NCBI GenBank assembly: GCA_963769885.1
Contig: CAVYNH010000007.1
Location: forward strand, 320,001 to 384,000
Length of the DNA stretch: 64,000 nucleotides
Direction of reading: 5' to 3'
Source of the DNA: Methanobacteriota archaeon
Lineage (GTDB): Archaea; Thermoplasmatota; E2; DHVEG-1
Under the pieces are notes generated by a model. It did no database searches. It saw only the letters and a program-made list of their open reading frames with translations, and was not told the origin of the DNA. Of this stretch, positions 52,323-61,683 are shown piece after piece; the stretch's first letter is position 1; the number at the start of each line of letters is the position of its first letter. A program made the translations under genes and the position numbers.

Positions 52323-52913
52323 ATGACCGAAGCAGACCTCGCCGAAACCCTCACCGCCCTCAAAAACGGAGCCGTCATCATCTACCCCACCGACACCCTC
52401 TACGCCCTCGGCGCCGACATCTTCAACAAAACCGCCATCGAAACCGTCTTCTCCCTCAAACACCGCCCCAGCCTCCAACCCCTCCCCATCGCCGTCGACT
52501 CCCTCCCCACCATGACCACCCTCGCCGACATGACCCCCCTCGCCACCCGACTCGCCACCCGCTTCCTCCCCGGCCCCCTCACCCTCATCCTCCACAAAAA
52601 ACCCACCATCCCCCCCATCATCACCAGCGGACATGAAACCATCGCCATCCGCATCCCCCGCGACCCCACCGCCCTCACCCTCCTCCACGCCGCCGGCCCC
52701 CTCACCGCCACCAGCGCCAACATCCACAACCACCCCACCCCCGCCACCGTCCCCGAAATCAAAAAACACCTTAACGCAGACCTCCCCGCCCTCGACCGCG
52801 GCCCCCGCACCCAAACCGCATCCACCATCATCGACCTCACTACCACCCCACCTCGCATCCTCCGCCACGGCCCCATCCCCGCCGATGAACTCCACGAGGC
52901 CCTCCATGGATGA
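52323..52913 (+). CDS. tsaC: L-threonylcarbamoyladenylate synthase (YrdC/TsaC-type, no Sua5 C-domain)
   Basis: PTDTLYAL, K.RP, PGPLT, RIP, TSAN, STIID, LR.G. Confidence 0.92.
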   Translation: MTEADLAETLTALKNGAVIIYPTDTLYALGADIFNKTAIETVFSLKHRPSLQPLPIAVDSLPTMTTLADMTPLATRLATRFLPGPLTLILHKKPTIPPIITSGHETIAIRIPRDPTALTLLHAAGPLTATSANIHNHPTPATVPEIKKHLNADLPALDRGPRTQTASTIIDLTTTPPRILRHGPIPADELHEALHG

Positions 52914-53808
52914 AACCATCTACCAAGCCTACAAACATGCCGGCGCCATCGCCCGTGAAGCCCGAGACTACGGCGCCACCCTCCTCAAACCTAACACCAC
53001 CTACCTCTCCATCGCCACTGCCGTCGAACAACGCATCCATGACCGCGGCGGCAAACCCGCATTCCCCGTCAACATCGCCCCCAACGCGATCGCCGCACAC
53101 TACACTCCCACAGCCACCGACACCCGCGTGCTCAATGCCGGCGACGTCATCAAACTCGACGTCGGCGTCCACATCAACGGCTACATCGCAGACACCGCCG
53201 TCACCTGCGAAGTCGCCACCACCACCCACAGCTCACTCATCCAAGCCACTAGCGACGCCCTAGACCAAGCAATCCGGACCATGAAACCAGGGATTCCCCC
53301 CTCGGAAATCGGTTCGATTGTCGAAGCCACCATCCGAGATCGAGGCTTCAGACCCATCGAGAACCTCATGGGCCACAGCGTCACCCAATACGAGCTGCAC
53401 TCCGGCCTCTCCATCCCCAACATCAGCACTTACACCAGCCGCCGCAAACCCCAAGAAGACGACGTGATCGCCATCGAACCCTTCGCCACAACCGGCGCCG
53501 GCCGAGTGACCTCCGGGGAAGGAAGCAATATCTACATCTGCGCGGATTCTTTCAAGAGCCACCTCATCCGCGACCGCGGCCTTAAACAGACCTACGAGCA
53601 TATCAGAGCAGCGTTCACGACCCTACCGTTTGCCTCCCGCTGGTGCCGCCCATTCCTGCCACCAGGCAGCGACCTGCCGCTCCGACGGCTCGCACGACTC
53701 GGGGTCATCCGAGAATATCCCCAACTCCGCGAAGAACGCAGCGGTATGGTCTCCCAAAAAGAGCACACCGTCATCGTCACCGCTGACGGCTGTGAGGTGA
53801 TTACTTGA
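52906..53808 (+). CDS. map: type II methionine aminopeptidase
   Basis: AFP.N, AAHYTP, D.G.H..G.IADTA, GH......LH, AIEPFAT, Q.EHTV. Confidence 0.95.
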   Translation: MDETIYQAYKHAGAIAREARDYGATLLKPNTTYLSIATAVEQRIHDRGGKPAFPVNIAPNAIAAHYTPTATDTRVLNAGDVIKLDVGVHINGYIADTAVTCEVATTTHSSLIQATSDALDQAIRTMKPGIPPSEIGSIVEATIRDRGFRPIENLMGHSVTQYELHSGLSIPNISTYTSRRKPQEDDVIAIEPFATTGAGRVTSGEGSNIYICADSFKSHLIRDRGLKQTYEHIRAAFTTLPFASRWCRPFLPPGSDLPLRRLARLGVIREYPQLREERSGMVSQKEHTVIVTADGCEVIT

Positions 53809-54668
53809 AGCCCGCCAAATCAACGCCTAAAGAAAACGAGAAAATCCAGCAGCTGACGGAGCTAACCTGGAAGCAGCTTGAAGCACTGAACCGGGACAAG
53901 ACCGTCATCTTTATTCCCATAAGCCCCTTGGAGGAACACGGCCCTCACCTGCCAGTTGGCACCGATCTGCTCATCGCCATGGACACAAGCAAGGAGGCGA
54001 TGAAGTTGGTGATAAAAAAGAGACCGGACGTTCTCCCGTTGCTCTACCCGGCAATCCCTTTCGGCCATACCGGGATGGCGCAAGGGTTTCCTGGCAGCGT
54101 GTCCGTCCCGGTCAAGACTGTCGCCACTATCGTGCAGAATTCCGTGTCGTCTTTCGCCGATTATGGGTTCCGTTTTTTTGTCATCTGCACTTTTCATATG
54201 GATCTCGGACATCTGAAAGGCATCTATGCGGGGATGAAAAAAACTCGGAAAATGTACCCTATCCAGATCATCGAGCCGTGGGGCCCTTATTTCTACGGTC
54301 ATGATGTCGAACGCCGCGAACCAAAAGCAAATTTCGACACCCATCTAGAGATCCACGGCTGCTACCGGGAGACCTCATTGATGGCCTACCAATATCCGTA
54401 CCTCGTCGACCCGGTGTACAAGACCCTTCCGCCGTACACGTATGATGTGTACTCCCCCAAGGCCCTTGGGAAGACGTTTAAGGACGTCGGGGCAAACGAA
54501 GGCTACATCGGCAACCCTGCCCAAGCCTCCAGTGACTACGGCCGCTGGTTTTTCCAGGAAATCGTAGAGACCATCGCGACGGCCACACTCGACATGATGG
54601 AGGGGCATAAGCCACGTGATTTGCCAGCTAAGACGAAGCTAGCGATGCGCAGCATGTTTTGGCTGTAA
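53805..54668 (+). CDS. creatininase/amidohydrolase family protein (divergent)
   Basis: E.HGPHLP.GTD, H...FPGS, H...ETS, G..G.P..A...G. Confidence 0.82.
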   Translation: MKPAKSTPKENEKIQQLTELTWKQLEALNRDKTVIFIPISPLEEHGPHLPVGTDLLIAMDTSKEAMKLVIKKRPDVLPLLYPAIPFGHTGMAQGFPGSVSVPVKTVATIVQNSVSSFADYGFRFFVICTFHMDLGHLKGIYAGMKKTRKMYPIQIIEPWGPYFYGHDVERREPKANFDTHLEIHGCYRETSLMAYQYPYLVDPVYKTLPPYTYDVYSPKALGKTFKDVGANEGYIGNPAQASSDYGRWFFQEIVETIATATLDMMEGHKPRDLPAKTKLAMRSMFWL

Positions 54669-54766
54669 CCTGGATTCTTGGCAAGGCTCGCCACATCGAT
54701 TATCTCCGTAATCGAAGGTCCTATCATTAAGTAGCTCCTGTTCAAGAAAAAGTATATTAACAAACA

Positions 54767-55111
54767 ATGAGTTTCGATTCCTTGGTTGGGATGGGTATGA
54801 AGAAACCGGAGAACATCTTCGTCTCACTGCAGTTGCGAAAGGACCAGACGTCTGGTGGCCTTCTGTTGGATATTCACTTTAACAAGGAAGCGCCGAACTT
54901 CAGCATCGATCAAGAAACGGCGACTTGGTGTCCAACGATCGAGGAGTTGGATTTTATAGGCGAGGTTTTCGACATGATCGCCAAGGGCAAGCGGGCGGAG
55001 AATCCGACACGGTCCACTTCGTCCACATCGCGTCAGGTGGATGAGACGACCCTGCTGGACCGAGTCATGGATAAAAAGGACCGACGAACGGCCGCTACAG
55101 ACGATCGATAA
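54767..55111 (+). CDS. hypothetical protein
   Basis: 114-aa ORF with a TATA-like element upstream; no recognised motif. Confidence 0.55.
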   Translation: MSFDSLVGMGMKKPENIFVSLQLRKDQTSGGLLLDIHFNKEAPNFSIDQETATWCPTIEELDFIGEVFDMIAKGKRAENPTRSTSSTSRQVDETTLLDRVMDKKDRRTAATDDR

Positions 55112-56036
55112 GCGCGCCGACCATGAGGGGGAGCAGGACCGTAGCGTCGCCTTCTATGGTGACGTTCTGCGCCCGTTCCGCGATTTTTCCCCAGGAGATA
55201 GCCTCCCGGGTCCTAGCCCCTGAGAGGCTGCCATCCCATTCGACAGCGGTGGTAATGTAAACGGCGTAATCCAGGCCCCCCTTGAACTGGTTCCACCAGA
55301 TGGTATGGTGTTTGGAGATGCCGCCACCGATGATGAAAGCACCGGTCTGTTTGGCGTCGAAGACGAGGTCAGAGAGGTCTTGCTCATCTTGGAACAGGTC
55401 GATGGTGAGGGCACGATGGTCCTGGTAGTACATCCAGAGTTGGCAGCCGATGGCGCCATCGGTAATGCCGGGGACGTATATGGGGATCTTGTTCTTCCAG
55501 GCCCAGTAGACGACTGACTCCTCTTTTTTTTTCTCCTTGTCGAGTTGCTTGCCGATGGCCCAGACGAGGTCTTTTGTTGACCATTTCTGTTTTTGTTGGT
55601 AGAGAGTATTGATGAGGGGCTGGAGTTTTTGTTCGAGGATAGTGCCGTAGCTGGCGATGGGGATGAAGACATTGCCGAGGCGGTTGATGCCCTGGCGGTG
55701 GAGGCTGGCGTCGTCGGCCATGAACGTGCCTTGGTAGTAGGGTTTCCAGAGTCTGGCGAGGTCGTGGTCGAGGGTGCCGGCGGTGGTAATGACGGCGTCG
55801 AAGAGTTTTCGACGGAGGAGTTCTTTGATGATGCCGCGAGTGCCGGTGGCTATGATGCAGGCGGGAAAGGAGAGGATTTTGGTGCAGTCTTTGGCGTGCA
55901 TCATCGCGTCGAGGATGTCGACGCCGGTGGCGACGTGTTTGGCGCTGAATCCTCCGGCTGCGGCATAGCCTTGGATGAGTTGATCGAGGGTCGTGTGGTT
56001 GTCGAGGGTGAGGTCTTGGACTGGCTGTTTTTTCAT
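55095..56036 (-). CDS. dys: deoxyhypusine synthase
   Basis: D..L...G.NR.GN, P..TDG..G, GGG..KHH, DGSLSGA...EAISWGK, DATV..P. Confidence 0.95.
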   Translation of the reverse strand: MKKQPVQDLTLDNHTTLDQLIQGYAAAGGFSAKHVATGVDILDAMMHAKDCTKILSFPACIIATGTRGIIKELLRRKLFDAVITTAGTLDHDLARLWKPYYQGTFMADDASLHRQGINRLGNVFIPIASYGTILEQKLQPLINTLYQQKQKWSTKDLVWAIGKQLDKEKKKEESVVYWAWKNKIPIYVPGITDGAIGCQLWMYYQDHRALTIDLFQDEQDLSDLVFDAKQTGAFIIGGGISKHHTIWWNQFKGGLDYAVYITTAVEWDGSLSGARTREAISWGKIAERAQNVTIEGDATVLLPLMVGALIDRL

Positions 56037-56938
56037 TTGAGGGCTCCTGAGTAGACGGCGAGGGCGCCGTAGCCGACGCATGAGGTGTTTGGGTGGACCT
56101 CGTACGAGGTTCCGTATTTTAAGAGTTCCGCTTTGGCGGCCCCGAGTTTTTTGGCGGCGTAGAGCATGGCGGCGACGGGGCCGTAGCCGCACATGGTGAT
56201 GTGGTGATTTTCGACGGTGGTGATGAGACCGGCGGGGTCGAGGGCGGTGATTTTGTCGATGGCGAGATGGTCTTGTCGGCGGGCGTAGTCGTCGACGCGG
56301 GTGCCTTCGGGTGGGGTGGACATGTAGTTGAAGCCGACGTGGGAGAAGTCTGAGCTGGCGATGACTGCAATTTTTTTGGTGGGGTGTTTGTGGATGGCGT
56401 TGGCGATGAGGGTGCCGACGTCTTCGGCGGTCTGGGTATCTTGCATCATCATGCAGATGGGAACGAAATCGATGGGGTGGTCTTTGGCGAGGAATTGGAG
56501 AAAGGGGAGCTGGACTTCGATGCTGTGTTCGTAGCGGTGGGCGGTGTCGTCGGCGTCGATGATTCCCTGGTGGAGGCTGGTGGCGAGGGGTTCGTTGATG
56601 GGGGTGATGCCGAGGGGGGTGCGCCAGGCGCCATGGGTCATGAGGGCGACGCCGGAGCCGTAACCGGTGTGGTTGGGGCCGAGGATGATGAAGGTGTCTG
56701 CGAAGCCGTGGGTGGCGAGGGCGGTGTAGGCGTGGGTGGCGATGGGGCCGGAGAAGATGTAGCCGGCGTGGGGGACGACGATGCCGATGACGCGTGGTGG
56801 TCGGTTGGCGGGTGTGGGGATGGTGCCGGCGCCTCGGGGGTCGTTGAAGCAGTCGGTGAGTTGCTGGCGGAGGGGGGTTTCGCCGCCGGGGTAAAATTGG
56901 CCGGCGACGGCGGGTGGTCTAATGAGTTTGGTTACCAT
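56033..56938 (-). CDS. MEMO1 family (AmmeMemoRadiSam protein B)
   Basis: R.PAVAG.FYP, PHAGY.FSG, GPNH, EHS.EVQLPF, SSDFSH, MCG, VGY. Confidence 0.94.
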   Translation of the reverse strand: MVTKLIRPPAVAGQFYPGGETPLRQQLTDCFNDPRGAGTIPTPANRPPRVIGIVVPHAGYIFSGPIATHAYTALATHGFADTFIILGPNHTGYGSGVALMTHGAWRTPLGITPINEPLATSLHQGIIDADDTAHRYEHSIEVQLPFLQFLAKDHPIDFVPICMMMQDTQTAEDVGTLIANAIHKHPTKKIAVIASSDFSHVGFNYMSTPPEGTRVDDYARRQDHLAIDKITALDPAGLITTVENHHITMCGYGPVAAMLYAAKKLGAAKAELLKYGTSYEVHPNTSCVGYGALAVYSGALK

Positions 56939-57050
56939 GCGTGTGTCCTCTCTTCGGTGTACGGATGGGGGCGAATTTGATAAGTTTTGCGTACAATAAA
57001 TTATATATAGAGTAGAAGGATTGCGGGGTAAAATAGCGGCATGGGAGACT

Positions 57051-57209
57051 ATGGAGACCGTTTGCCACATTGAGATTCTGAAGGATGGCCGTGATTTCGT
57101 GGCTCGGGCGCATCTCGCGAATGGGTCGGTGAAGGAGTACCGGCATCAGATTTTTGAGGATGTGCTGACTGAGATGGTGATCGATCTCCAGGAAGAGTTG
57201 AGTGAGTAG
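57051..57209 (+). CDS. small hypothetical protein
   Basis: METVCHIEIL... acidic C-terminal helix; GGAG upstream and TATA-like element near 57000. Confidence 0.55.
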   Translation: METVCHIEILKDGRDFVARAHLANGSVKEYRHQIFEDVLTEMVIDLQEELSE

Positions 57210-57308
57210 GCCGGTTTAACGTCCCCTCCTTGGTTCTTTTCTTGGTCTTTTCGTTATTTGCAAGATATTTAGAATGGGGAAGAAGAATGGAGGGTGGGGG
57301 GTGAGTTT

Positions 57309-57503
57309 TTAGAGTCTGAAGGAGGAGAGGACGATGACGATGATGATGAAGACCATGAGGGCGTACATGACGTAGACCCAGAGGCGGTTGCGTTTTTTCA
57401 TGGCTTCGTATTGGGTCCTGCATTCTTCTGAGCAGAAGGGTTCTTGGCTGGTGGTGGCTTTGCGGCAGATTTGGCAGTGGGTGTGTTGTGGGATGTCGAC
57501 CAT
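57309..57503 (-). CDS. DUF2116 Zn-ribbon membrane protein
   Basis: H.HC.IC........FCSEEC, basic stretch, C-terminal TM. Confidence 0.88.
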   Translation of the reverse strand: MVDIPQHTHCQICRKATTSQEPFCSEECRTQYEAMKKRNRLWVYVMYALMVFIIIVIVLSSFRL

Positions 57504-57561
57504 AGTGAGTCTATGGGCGAATCATGTGATGGGAGAAATACTTTGTGTTTTTTCGGTGCGG

Positions 57562-58641
57562 TTAGGGTTGGAGCAGGGGGAGTTCTCCGGGGTAGTCGTC
57601 GCAGATGTTCGCCTGGTTTATCCCGGGATAGCCGTACATTTGTGGGAGAATCTTTTGAAGAATGATTAGGACGAATAGAAGATTTATTGTCGCTAGGATC
57701 GAGAGGAGAATCGGGCCGTTGATGAGCGGGTGCATGATATCTTCGATGATGTAGCCGTAGATCCAGACGCCTATCCAGAAGACAATGGTTTCTGCGTTGA
57801 AGATTGGTTTCGCCCATCGGAACAGCTTTTCCGCGGAAATCGTGCCGTGGGGGTGGAGGATGGTTTGGATTTTGCAGGCTGCCCCCAGTGCGTTGTTGAG
57901 GGGATACCCATAGCGTGTTCCTCGTTCGAGGCAGTCCGGTGGTGTTGCCATCATGACGATGCGGTTGGTGCCGTTGACGTCGAGGGAGTGTGGCCCCTGG
58001 ACGGTCCAAGAATCTTGTGTGCTGATTGCCTGGTTCGTTTGATTGGTGGCGTCGACGAGGCTGCCGCTGAGGCAGCAGTCAAAGATGAGGACCATGCCTT
58101 TACAGGTGATGTTGGAGAAGAGCTGGCCGAGCTCGTCGTCAGTGATCACGTTCGTGTAGTTGTCTTCACTGTATTTTTCGACGTCATAGGGGCAGATGGC
58201 TTCATCATAGATATCGCCAGGGGTATGTCGGGCCTCGTCGCCGTCGGTGTCGTTGACGTTGGTGCCGTGGCCGCACCATTGAAAGAGGAAGAAGTCGTCG
58301 GGGCCGAGTGTTGCGGCTATTGTGTGAAGGGCGTTAACGATGTTGGCCTTGGTCGCGTTCTGATTGAGCAGGAGGGTGATGTGGTCAGGCTGCCAGTTCT
58401 GTGCTAGGAGGAGGCCGTGATAGGTTCGAGAGAGTGCCTGGTCTGAGTAGGGAATTACTTTTGGCACATTATGGGAAGCGTTTTGATAGCGTGTGCAGGC
58501 AGCGATAACGGCATAGTAGGAGCCGGTAGAGGTGGCCTGTGGTTCGGCTTGATTTAGCATGGTTTGTTGGGATGTGGCCATGAGCGTGGGTATAATTAAG
58601 AGCATGATGGTGAGAAAAACGCTGATGATGGCTTTCTTCAT
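57562..58641 (-). CDS. secreted caspase-family (C14) peptidase
   Basis: Signal peptide; AT..NI, FQWCGHG, D.DGDE...DEAICPYD, FDCCLSG. Confidence 0.85.
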   Translation of the reverse strand: MKKAIISVFLTIMLLIIPTLMATSQQTMLNQAEPQATSTGSYYAVIAACTRYQNASHNVPKVIPYSDQALSRTYHGLLLAQNWQPDHITLLLNQNATKANIVNALHTIAATLGPDDFFLFQWCGHGTNVNDTDGDEARHTPGDIYDEAICPYDVEKYSEDNYTNVITDDELGQLFSNITCKGMVLIFDCCLSGSLVDATNQTNQAISTQDSWTVQGPHSLDVNGTNRIVMMATPPDCLERGTRYGYPLNNALGAACKIQTILHPHGTISAEKLFRWAKPIFNAETIVFWIGVWIYGYIIEDIMHPLINGPILLSILATINLLFVLIILQKILPQMYGYPGINQANICDDYPGELPLLQP

Positions 58642-58743
58642 GGAAACTCCCTCGTTGACTGTAATATTTTATCTGTTATAATTAATTTATGGATTTACTA
58701 CCGGGGTCTTTATAAAAAGAGGGGGGATCGACGAGATATGACC

Positions 58744-59004
58744 TTAGGTTTCTCTTGTCTTGCGTTTGGTGATTTTTTCGACGATGTGCACGGAGATGAT
58801 GATGCTTGTGATACAGGCGAGGATGCTGAGGTAGAGGCAGAGGTGGTAGATGGTGAGGGGCGATTGGATGTTGAAGCCATTGGATAGAATGGCGTCTGGG
58901 GCCGTGAGCATCGCCGAGACGGAGACATCGATGCCCCAAAAGCAGAGGATTTGGACGATGCCGATGCTGAAGAGGATGAGGAGCCATTCGAAGCGAGAAA
59001 TCAT
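58744..59004 (-). CDS. small two-TM membrane protein
   Basis: Two hydrophobic helices with W.ID.SVSA...NGF...P...YH between them. Confidence 0.6.
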   Translation of the reverse strand: MISRFEWLLILFSIGIVQILCFWGIDVSVSAMLTAPDAILSNGFNIQSPLTIYHLCLYLSILACITSIIISVHIVEKITKRKTRET

Positions 59005-59099
59005 GACCTATTTTCCCCTGGCTTTACTCGTGAGCTATAAATAGTGTGGGCGTGGACCGTATTTATATTTTGTTATCATTATTTTTACATCGTTGTCTG

Positions 59100-60110
59100 T
59101 TACTGGTTATCCAGCGATGGCTCTTGGACGTCCAGCATGCCATGGAAGTCCGTCGGTGCAGGGACGCGAATCCCGGGGGTAGATTTTACGTAGGGATTCA
59201 CATCTATATAGATTAATGACACGATTACTTTGAAAAGGAACGAGTGTGCTTTCAAGGTAAATTTCCAAGTGCCGGTTTCGTTGCCGATGTAGCTATAGAC
59301 CATGATCTTCGGGTTCTTTGAATGGAAGACTTCACCATCTGGTTTGATGACGTTCATGGTCCCTTTCCTGTGGCCTGCGATGTCGAAAATGATGATTGAA
59401 CCATTCCTGGTTGTTACTTCCTTTTCGATATTGCAAAAGCTACACCCAAAGGAGGCAATCTTCACACCAAAATATCTCCCTAATTGGTTCGATGAAAGGA
59501 CTCCAACGTTGTTCGTTATTCCTAAATCGATGACTTCCATTGATTTTGAATCAGCCAGGAATCGAATTGAGAGATTGCCTCTTGATAAGGTCGAAGGGAT
59601 AGCCAATGTCAAGTACCATGATGTTCCTTTGGTCACTTGAAACTCTTTTTTTTCCGACCAATAGAGGCCAAAGGTGATGATGTTCCTTTTGTCCAAGAAT
59701 GACATCAGCCAATGTCTGCCGATTGAAAAAGTCCGTCTTGGCGTCGTAATGCTAACCGTTCTCTCCGGATAATACACCAGGTACCTCGCAGGCAATACAT
59801 AGCTTGTTCCGTTCGTCAACAGAAGATATTCGGAAGTGACGGTGTTATCAGTATATCGGTTTAACATTTGCAGGGATACATTGATAATCGCATCTTCGTG
59901 GAATATGATTCGATATTGTCTGGCTGCATGCTCCATCATGAGAGTGTCTTGACTGAACTCAATATTGTCACTAAAGACTACTGAAGCCTTGCCAGTTTCT
60001 TCTATTCCTTGTTGATTGAAAAACGGCTTTTCTTGACCAAACATCAGTAGGGTTAAGGCCGATGACAATGCAATAATCATAACAACTATAACTACGTTTT
60101 TTCTTTTCAA
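59100..60110 (-). CDS. hypothetical exported beta-rich protein
   Basis: N-terminal basic + hydrophobic segment from TTG 60110; lower GC; no motif recognised. Confidence 0.6.
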   Translation of the reverse strand: MKRKNVVIVVMIIALSSALTLLMFGQEKPFFNQQGIEETGKASVVFSDNIEFSQDTLMMEHAARQYRIIFHEDAIINVSLQMLNRYTDNTVTSEYLLLTNGTSYVLPARYLVYYPERTVSITTPRRTFSIGRHWLMSFLDKRNIITFGLYWSEKKEFQVTKGTSWYLTLAIPSTLSRGNLSIRFLADSKSMEVIDLGITNNVGVLSSNQLGRYFGVKIASFGCSFCNIEKEVTTRNGSIIIFDIAGHRKGTMNVIKPDGEVFHSKNPKIMVYSYIGNETGTWKFTLKAHSFLFKVIVSLIYIDVNPYVKSTPGIRVPAPTDFHGMLDVQEPSLDNQ

Positions 60111-60141
60111 GAAAAAAGAGAGAAGAGAGGATTCAGGTTGC

Positions 60142-60975
60142 TTACATGCCGATTGCAACGAAACCACCGCAAAGACCGGTTAAGAAGTAGGGCCCAATCA
60201 TGATTCCAGGTGTACAGAGAATCACACCTACGAAACCAACCCAGACTTCAAACCCGAGGGCTGACGTTGTTCCACCGCCCAAACCAACGCTCTTTGCAAT
60301 ACCGCTATAGCAATACGTGGCAAATAAATCTGCGCCAATTGTCGGGATCAAGGTGTGTGTTCCAGCGATGAACCCTATACATTCACCGACTTCGAATAAT
60401 CCGCACATGGTATTTCCCCATATTGGGGTCGGGACTCCATTCCAAAATCCAAGCGAATTTGCGGGAGGCGCTCTGTTATCTTTACGTGGTTCGCGAACCC
60501 TCTCTCGGATAGAGTTGAAAAAGGCGGTCAACTCACTGACGTTCTTTGAAGTGAATTTTTCGTCACCCAATCTTTGGAAAAATGGTTGTAGGTTATCGAA
60601 GGCTACGGCGACTTCTTCGTTGGACGCTCTCTTGTTGTAGATCGTCATAAAATCATCCTCGAACGTTGCAGCGTAATTCACGAAATCCTTGACTTCGCTG
60701 AGTGGTAACTGAGTTTTCACCTTTTCCCTTCCGACAATAATCATACAAGTCGTCAGGTTTTCGTTGGACGTTGGAATCGTCTTGGTAGTCGGTATAGCGG
60801 CACCTGCGAGCGGGATCGTTAAAAGAAGTGCCACAATCCCTGTTGTGACTAATCCTTTTCTTATTCTTTTCTCGTCCTTCTTCACTTGCCGAGGGAACGA
60901 CAGACGAATGGCCACCCGATCGAGCCACTTACGATGTTGTAGACCTAGCTTCAAAAACGCGTTTCGTGTTTTCAT
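60142..60975 (-). CDS. hypothetical exported protein with Gly/Cys-rich hydrophobic C-terminus
   Basis: Signal-like RKGLVTTGIVALLLTIPLAGA (true start possibly GTG 60885); helical middle; hydrophobic tail. Confidence 0.65.
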   Translation of the reverse strand: MKTRNAFLKLGLQHRKWLDRVAIRLSFPRQVKKDEKRIRKGLVTTGIVALLLTIPLAGAAIPTTKTIPTSNENLTTCMIIVGREKVKTQLPLSEVKDFVNYAATFEDDFMTIYNKRASNEEVAVAFDNLQPFFQRLGDEKFTSKNVSELTAFFNSIRERVREPRKDNRAPPANSLGFWNGVPTPIWGNTMCGLFEVGECIGFIAGTHTLIPTIGADLFATYCYSGIAKSVGLGGGTTSALGFEVWVGFVGVILCTPGIMIGPYFLTGLCGGFVAIGM

Positions 60976-61116
60976 GGTTACCTCCGACCATAGAAAGTAC
61001 CCTGATTCTATTTAAATTTTTTTATATTAATTTAAAATGTTTAAAAAGAGGCGAGGGAAAATCCCCTAAAGACGAGGAGATGAAGAAAAAAGGGAGAAGA
61101 GGAATCTTGCGCAGAA

Positions 61117-61683
61117 TCAACGTTCAACAACTAGGTTCCCATTTGGGATGGCGATTTTGATCAGCGATGTCAGCTCGACCCGGAACGAGGAGCAGATCTC
61201 CTCCCGGCACTCCCCCTTATCGATGGCAATGAAGATTCCTTTGACGACCACGCCGATTTTCTCCAAAACGGTCAATACCGCGCGCAAGGTCCCGCCCGTG
61301 CTGAGCACATCGTCGACGATGACCACGCGGTCGCCTTTCTTCAATCCGTTGATGTACATCTTCGCCTTCGAATACCCAGTCACCTGCTCGACCGACACCT
61401 CACCAGGCAACCCGTACTCCCGTTTCCTGATAATCGTAAATGGAATCCCCAGCTCCAAGGAAAGCACCGACGCCAGCGGAATCCCCATCGCCTCCATCGT
61501 GACGATACGGTCGATCTTCCCCACCTTCTGGACCCGCTTCTTCATCTCCTCCGTGACCTCTTTCAACAACTCAGGGGTGATCATCGGCACGCCATCCGTG
61601 ATTGGATGAATGATGTAATAGTAGTCTCCTTTCTTGATAATCGGGGCCTCATACAACGACTTTCGTAACACGTCCAGGCTCAC
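61117..61683 (-). CDS. hpt: hypoxanthine/guanine phosphoribosyltransferase (archaeal)
   Basis: Y.Y..HP.TDG.P, EAMG.P, RKR.YGL.GE, VIVDDVLSTGGT. Confidence 0.93.
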   Translation of the reverse strand: MSLDVLRKSLYEAPIIKKGDYYYIIHPITDGVPMITPELLKEVTEEMKKRVQKVGKIDRIVTMEAMGIPLASVLSLELGIPFTIIRKREYGLPGEVSVEQVTGYSKAKMYINGLKKGDRVVIVDDVLSTGGTLRAVLTVLEKIGVVVKGIFIAIDKGECREEICSSFRVELTSLIKIAIPNGNLVVER

